The notes under the pieces were generated by a model, which saw nothing but the letters and a program-made list of their open reading frames with translations, made no database searches and had not been told where the DNA came from. The translations under genes were made by a program, and so were the position numbers. Below are positions 24,831-30,201 of a stretch of DNA of 30,201 nt, one piece after another; the stretch's first letter is position 1, and every line of letters begins with the position of its first letter. Origin of the DNA: a virus (taxonomy: Duplodnaviria > Caudoviricetes); the IMG/VR virus record IMGVR_UViG_3300020045_006388, positions 1 through 30,201 of that record, one strand, 5' to 3'.

Positions 24831-25514
24831 TTAGTTCCTGACCTGGATGCCCATCCGGGCAAGGTAATCGTCCACGGCTGCGGCGTTGCCGTCGCTTTCA
24901 TTGACAAGCGCCTGATATTGCTGGCGCGTCAGTTCGGTTGGCAACCCATTCGCGCCAAGTTGGGGCGCTGGCGTGTTTTGCATTGAGGGGGGGGCTGCGT
25001 TGGGATCGCGCTCGGTCGTGCCCAATGCCGGACGGCGAGGCATATGAACGGGGCCTTGCGCGGTGGCGACAAATTCAGGATTATAGCGGTCGTACACCGC
25101 GCGCTCAGCCTCACTAGCGGTTTGATACCAGCCGAATGAGCCTGGGGCTGGGGGAGGGTTTACTTCTGCGTCGATCCGCTGTCGAGTGGCATAATCCTCA
25201 TTGCCCCACTGCCGATCTTCCGTCCGTTCGGCTTGACGGCGGGCCTCCGCTTGCGCTGCTGCGGATGCCTCGCGCGCACGTTCCATCGCTCCGTTGCGGT
25301 TGCCCATAATCATGCCGATGCGATCGTGCCCGCCATTAGCATCAAAAGCATCGCCTATCGATGCAAGGGCCAATGCTGCGCCGTCCTTCCACCCGAAGCC
25401 TTCGCCACCCTGCCAATAACCGGGCTGGTTTTCTTCTTCCCTGCGGGGCTGGCCAAGGCGCGGCGCACTGCTAATCATGCGGCCAGCACCACTTAGAATA
25501 GAACCTAGAGACAC
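24831..25514 (-). CDS. Putative DNA ejection protein
   Basis: AAGGAGG RBS; ALASIGDAF then a charged coiled coil; position. Confidence 0.55.
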   Translation of the reverse strand: MSLGSILSGAGRMISSAPRLGQPRREEENQPGYWQGGEGFGWKDGAALALASIGDAFDANGGHDRIGMIMGNRNGAMERAREASAAAQAEARRQAERTEDRQWGNEDYATRQRIDAEVNPPPAPGSFGWYQTASEAERAVYDRYNPEFVATAQGPVHMPRRPALGTTERDPNAAPPSMQNTPAPQLGANGLPTELTRQQYQALVNESDGNAAAVDDYLARMGIQVRN

Positions 25515-25545
25515 CGCTTGCCCTCCTTGAATACCTTATACACTA

Positions 25546-27630
25546 TCACCGCCCACCTAGATAGGCTGCACCGCCCATTGTAGCCGCTGACAATAGCTGA
25601 CCAAGTAGGCCCTGCTTTTCTTTTGTCACGTTAGTCCCGGTCGAATTAATCGTCTGACCAGTTGTCGCGCCGATCAGGCCGGGGTTCATCAATTCACCCT
25701 GCACCTGCATTTGCGTCCACGGGGCAATCTGGTTCTGATAGTCAATTCCATACTGGTTCTGGCCCGCCGCCAGTTGCGCGTTCATATCAGCAACCGAATT
25801 GCCCGCATACGAATTGGCATTATTCGACAGCAAGCCAGCCGCCTGCAATTGCATCGCTAGCGCGTTATCCTGTTGACCTGCGTTGAACTGGCCCGCTGCG
25901 TTGTACGTGCTCTGGTTAGCAAGGCTGGCTTGCTGGTTCAATGCCGCCTGCTGCAATGCAAAGTCGTTGGCCGCGCCAGTATTGAACTGATTATTCTGGG
26001 TGCCCAACTGCGCGTTTAGATTGTTGGCGGTATTCGTTGCCGCCGCATTAGCCATATTAGCTTGCTGGTTAAACCCGGCATTCTGCATGGCATAATCAGA
26101 CAATAGCCCGGTATTGAATTGCGCGCTCTGGTTCTGTCCGGCGGCATTGGCGAGATTGGCCTGCTGATTAAAACCAGCGTTGGCGAGCGAGAATTGATTG
26201 CTCGCATCCTGGTTGGAAAGCGCGCCAGTGTTATAGGCGTTAGCGTTGAATTGGCCAGCGTCGTTAGCAAATCCAGCGTTGGCCAGATTTACATTGGTGC
26301 CAAGTTGCGCGTTCAACTGCGCAATATCGTTGGCCTGACCAGCGTTGAACAGGCTGGCTTGATTGCCCGCGTTAGCGCTAAACTGGCTCGCGTCATTGGT
26401 AAATCCAGCATTTGCAAGGTTGACGTTGGTGCCAAGCTGAGCGTTTAGTGTGTTCACATCATTCAGTGCCCCAGCGTTGAACTGGTTATTCTGCGTTCCA
26501 AGCTGCGCGTTCAATCGGGTGGTATCATTGAACTGGCCTGCGTTGAACATACCCGCCTGATTACCAGCGTTCGCCGTAAAGGCATTGGCATCATTCAACG
26601 CCCCTGCATTGAATAAGCCAGTGCTGCTGTCGATCTGGGCTTGCTGGCCTGCGCGGCTATTGGCCATTTGCGCATTAAGCGCGCTAGTGTTCTGGCGATT
26701 GGTAGCATCATACTGCGACATGCCAGCCGCATTAAGAAATGCCTGGTTCCGCAATTGAGCATCAGCAGAAGCCCTGGCGCGGGCCAATTCACCCTCTGTC
26801 GCCGCTTCCTGAATGCCGTATCGCGAACCGCCAAAGGCACCGTTTCTGGCCGCCTGAGCAGATTGCTGAGCACGGGTCTGGGCAGCGTTAGTGTCGAAGT
26901 CCGAAAGGGTCGTGTCCACCAGCGCCTGAGTGGCCGGGTTCTGGTATGCCGCAAAATTGTCCAACAATGATGCTGACTGCGCGCGCTCCAGTGCGGCTAC
27001 CTGCGCGGCTTGGGCTTGTGCGGCGGTATATCCTTGCGACCCGACTTGCGCAGCAGGGCCAGCAAGTGAAGCCTGAGATTGCGCGGCCGGGCCAGCCAAA
27101 GACGCAGCGGCTTGCGCGGCGGCGTAGCCTTGTGCACCAGCTTGCGCAGCCGGACCTGCAAGTGATGCAGCAGCCTGCGATGGGTTGTACCCGCTCAAGT
27201 TAACCGTTGATGCTGGGCCAGCGTTCGCCGATGTAGCACCAAAGAAACCAGCCTGCGGAGCGGTGCCAGCACTGGCCGGATTGAACAGCGAAGCCGTGGT
27301 GGTTTGTGCGGTTGATTGCCCAGCGGACGGCAAAGACTGCGCGCCGATATAGGCGGCGTTATAGGTATTTGGCCCAGCGCCCGCGACATTGGTGGCTAGC
27401 GCATTGCCCTGATCTAGCCCAGACTGCCAGCCACCAAGGTTCGCCGCGCCGCTATATGCCTGCTGCTGCAAGCTATTGGCTGGGGCCTGAAACAGGTTCG
27501 GTGTCGTGCTGTTGAACGTATTGGCAAGTCCGCTATAATAATTGTCAACCGCAGTCTGCTGCGGTGACGACAGATTGGGGGTCGTTACCGCTGTTTCATT
27601 GCTGTTGGTGGTAGTGGTTTTCTTGCCCAT
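25546..27630 (-). CDS. DNA ejection/pilot protein with 11-residue repeats
   Basis: MGKKTTTT start, YQNP and GAFGGSR core, N/Q/A-rich hendecad array, hydrophobic Gly-rich C-terminus. Confidence 0.7.
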   Translation of the reverse strand: MGKKTTTTNSNETAVTTPNLSSPQQTAVDNYYSGLANTFNSTTPNLFQAPANSLQQQAYSGAANLGGWQSGLDQGNALATNVAGAGPNTYNAAYIGAQSLPSAGQSTAQTTTASLFNPASAGTAPQAGFFGATSANAGPASTVNLSGYNPSQAAASLAGPAAQAGAQGYAAAQAAASLAGPAAQSQASLAGPAAQVGSQGYTAAQAQAAQVAALERAQSASLLDNFAAYQNPATQALVDTTLSDFDTNAAQTRAQQSAQAARNGAFGGSRYGIQEAATEGELARARASADAQLRNQAFLNAAGMSQYDATNRQNTSALNAQMANSRAGQQAQIDSSTGLFNAGALNDANAFTANAGNQAGMFNAGQFNDTTRLNAQLGTQNNQFNAGALNDVNTLNAQLGTNVNLANAGFTNDASQFSANAGNQASLFNAGQANDIAQLNAQLGTNVNLANAGFANDAGQFNANAYNTGALSNQDASNQFSLANAGFNQQANLANAAGQNQSAQFNTGLLSDYAMQNAGFNQQANMANAAATNTANNLNAQLGTQNNQFNTGAANDFALQQAALNQQASLANQSTYNAAGQFNAGQQDNALAMQLQAAGLLSNNANSYAGNSVADMNAQLAAGQNQYGIDYQNQIAPWTQMQVQGELMNPGLIGATTGQTINSTGTNVTKEKQGLLGQLLSAATMGGAAYLGGR

Positions 27631-27992
27631 CAGTGCAATTCCTTAGTCAAAATACTCTGGTGGAATTTCCACCCATGGGGGCCTAGAACTTTCTTCCAGC
27701 CATGCCGCCCGGTTACAAACAAATGAGATAATCTCATCGCTTGGCCGAATGCGGTGCAGGCAGGCTCAATCTTCTCCGACAGCGCATTCATGTCCCCTGC
27801 GCCAGCAATGGCATCCAGTACCTTCGCCCCGCCCGGAAACTCCAAAATGCGCGTAACCAATGCAGCTTCACCATCACACCAGAACTGCGCTGTTCCATCA
27901 GCCAGCATCGCGTCAATGGCTTCCATCGGCCAGAATTCCCGATCATTAGCTTTGGCCAGTCTATCGCGCCAATCCCAGTAGCTATTGCTCAC
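27630..27992 (-). CDS. GNAT-fold-like virion assembly protein
   Basis: AQFW.....LVT.I...P....L....G.GD and GRHGW.KVL; between tail hub and ejection genes. Confidence 0.55.
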   Translation of the reverse strand: MSNSYWDWRDRLAKANDREFWPMEAIDAMLADGTAQFWCDGEAALVTRILEFPGGAKVLDAIAGAGDMNALSEKIEPACTAFGQAMRLSHLFVTGRHGWKKVLGPHGWKFHQSILTKELH

Positions 27993-29490
27993 CTGTCACC
28001 ACCGCTGCAAATGTTGGCAGGCCAAGGCGCATATATGCCGGTGCGCTCGATCCCTCCAGAAGCACAGAGCCCACCCGCCCCTCTGCGCGGAAGTCCTTTT
28101 TAGACCGTCCAGACGCCAGCGTATAAGGCCCCTTCTCGCGCACGTCTGATTGCGGATAAGCGCGCATCCGTAGGGTGAGCGTTACAGCGCCGGTTTGATC
28201 CTCGAAGTCGGGCCAAATGCCCTGCAACTCCACCCTGCGCTGGCCTTTATCGAGATAAAAATCCCCACTCTCGATGAAGTATTCCATCACCCCGCCATCA
28301 GCGGTGTTGCCGGTTTCATGCCAGTAGGAAGCCCCATCATAGGTCACATATAGCGGGAAGGCAGTCGGGCCGCTGTCAATCGCTGCGGTTCTTGCAAGTT
28401 GGCCCTTGAACCATGCCCCATCGAATGTTGACATAGCCACATAACGACTATTCTCGATCCCGTCGCGGGCATCCGGGTAAAACCACCACACCTCACCAAA
28501 GCGGCTAACCCCGGTGCACACAACCTTGTCCTTTTGCGACCCCACCATGTTATCGCCAAAGTCGCGCAAGATAGGACACGGGATCATTTGCGGTGACGCG
28601 CCAATCTGCCATGCGTAGAATTGCAGATCAGGCGTGACCCAGTAGGCGGTCTGGTTAAAGACCGTCATTGCGTTTGGCCCCAATAGCCCGCAATTGGTAT
28701 CGACCAAATCCCAGCGATACGTCTGGCCAACAGCCCCGATAAACTGGCCAAGGTAAACGCTGGTGTCAGTCCATACCGCGACATATGACCCAAACAACGC
28801 AGCGCCGACAATCATGCCGCCGCCCTCTAGGATGCTCTCAAAGGCGTTATTCGCCGCCGTGGTAGTCCAGTCGGTAATATCCTCAATATCGCTACCGCGA
28901 ATGCACATCGGGTTGTAGGTGGCGCTTACCTCCTCATTGCAGCCAAAGGCCAGCAGCTGCCGTTCTGGTGTGACCAGGATAGTGCCGACAGTCGCTGGCG
29001 CGTTTGTTACCGCTGCCGCCACTACCGCAGTATTGTTTTCCCAACTATAGATCGTGTCACCGCGCGGACAGGCTATCAGCCACTCACCATAGGTCTGCAA
29101 AGACCACGTTTGCGCCTGATAGCCAATCGACGCGCTTTCCCCGAAGTCAGCATCACCATAGCCGCTGGTGCCATATCCCGGCCCGCCAGCGCCATCAATC
29201 GGCCCTGCCGTATAACCAGCAGGGGTGATGTCAAACAAAGCGCCGCCGACATAAACCTCCAGCGCATTGTGCTGGCCAAAGGCAATGTTTTCGGTACCGC
29301 TAATATCAATCCAAGCCAATGCGTTACGACAAACGCCAGCAAGGCCAGATACAGCAGAAGTCCAGCCACCGATTGTCTCGGGCTTGCCCAGCCAAAAGCG
29401 CACGTTGTTGCCATCAACCCAGCGCGCCGGGGTCGAAAACGTGGTTTCATCCGTCACGAGGCCAGGGGCAAGGTTAAGCGGGATGCGCAT
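27982..29490 (-). CDS. Tail hub/packaged-DNA stabilization protein (P22 gp10-like position)
   Basis: W.DGNNVRF..G.PE.IGGW, NCGL.GP, FGEVWWFYP; beta-propeller-like composition. Confidence 0.7.
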   Translation of the reverse strand: MRIPLNLAPGLVTDETTFSTPARWVDGNNVRFWLGKPETIGGWTSAVSGLAGVCRNALAWIDISGTENIAFGQHNALEVYVGGALFDITPAGYTAGPIDGAGGPGYGTSGYGDADFGESASIGYQAQTWSLQTYGEWLIACPRGDTIYSWENNTAVVAAAVTNAPATVGTILVTPERQLLAFGCNEEVSATYNPMCIRGSDIEDITDWTTTAANNAFESILEGGGMIVGAALFGSYVAVWTDTSVYLGQFIGAVGQTYRWDLVDTNCGLLGPNAMTVFNQTAYWVTPDLQFYAWQIGASPQMIPCPILRDFGDNMVGSQKDKVVCTGVSRFGEVWWFYPDARDGIENSRYVAMSTFDGAWFKGQLARTAAIDSGPTAFPLYVTYDGASYWHETGNTADGGVMEYFIESGDFYLDKGQRRVELQGIWPDFEDQTGAVTLTLRMRAYPQSDVREKGPYTLASGRSKKDFRAEGRVGSVLLEGSSAPAYMRLGLPTFAAVVTGEQ

Positions 29491-30200
29491 TATGACCAAG
29501 TGCCCTTAGTGTATTCAGTTGATCCACCAATGCGGCGGGCAATGAAGTGCGAGCCGGGCCAGATAGCGGCGGTGCCGATTGCGGTAGTTAGTGCAATCGA
29601 AGGAATAATTGTGCCAGCGCCAGAAACGCGAATGATACCAGATAGCCTCACAATAAGGCTGGTTAATGTCCCCGCCGTAACAACTGGCGCATTCACCCCG
29701 TCATTAAAGCCATATTGCGAACTTGATGTCTGTGCCGTTCCATCACTCTCGCTGCCGACAAGGAAAATGGATTGATCCCCACTTGTGAAGGTGGCGGTGC
29801 CAGCACCAAGGATATTAACCGCAGCGTTGCCGCTGGTGGCAGACATACCAGTAACCAGCAGATTAAGACTGAACTCATAAATGCCAGTCGCCAATGTCAC
29901 CGCGCCCGCCGCGCTTTCGCCAAATATCCGCTGAACCGCAGTGGAATTGGTCAGCGTTCGTGATACAGATTGGTAAACATACACAGACGCCACATTGGCC
30001 AAAATCTCTTGCTGCACAAAGGCCGTGGTGGCCGGTGACGTGGTGCTGTTGCCAGTCGTGAGTGTCGCGCTGGTGCAATTGGTCAGGACACCGCTCGCTG
30101 GCGTTCCTAAGGCTGGGGTCACTAGCGTGGGGGACGTGGCAAATACAACCTCGCCCGTGCCCGTTTCCCCCGTTAGGGCAGTGCGAAGGTTCGCGCTGGA
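29490..30200 (-). CDS. Tail fiber-like protein, 5' end outside window
   Basis: Frame open to the window edge: SSANLRTALTGETGTGEVVFATSPTLVTPALGTPASGVLTNCT. Confidence 0.7.
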   Translation of the reverse strand, partial: SSANLRTALTGETGTGEVVFATSPTLVTPALGTPASGVLTNCTSATLTTGNSTTSPATTAFVQQEILANVASVYVYQSVSRTLTNSTAVQRIFGESAAGAVTLATGIYEFSLNLLVTGMSATSGNAAVNILGAGTATFTSGDQSIFLVGSESDGTAQTSSSQYGFNDGVNAPVVTAGTLTSLIVRLSGIIRVSGAGTIIPSIALTTAIGTAAIWPGSHFIARRIGGSTEYTKGTWS

Positions 30201-30201
30201 A

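Noticed and set aside
25870-27200. CRISPR-like or non-coding tandem repeat array
   Set aside because: The repeats are degenerate at DNA level, in frame and conserved as protein; there are no identical repeats with unique spacers.

Overview
Tailed dsDNA phage sequence, apparently a mosaic of three pieces. (A) 1-~3085: minus-strand recombination genes (ERF annealing protein, YqaJ exonuclease, SSB-like protein) and small genes, probably from a different phage. (B) ~3088-10540: a C5-type DNA methyltransferase, then a replication module (VRR-NUC, SF2 helicase, second YqaJ exonuclease, SSB, AAA ATPase) divergent from a Cro-like gene and a CHC2-TOPRIM primase that is cut off at ~10545. (C) ~10537-30201: a diverged inverted copy of 3807-4412, a second Cro-like gene, about 15 small early genes, and on the minus strand a lysis region (Rz with embedded Rz1, holin, M15 peptidase endolysin) and a podovirus-type tail/DNA-ejection module. 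An alphaproteobacterial host for B/C is an impression only. The most notable observations are three. An antisense HNH endonuclease cassette appears to have split the holin gene and supplied a replacement holin N-terminus, and its antisense frame is stop-free and coupled at both ends. An ejection protein has N- and C-terminal repeat arms in mirror order. A 606-bp diverged inverted duplication truncates the primase at a microhomology. No integrase, terminase, capsid, tRNA or CRISPR array was seen. All family calls come from motif recognition, not database searches.
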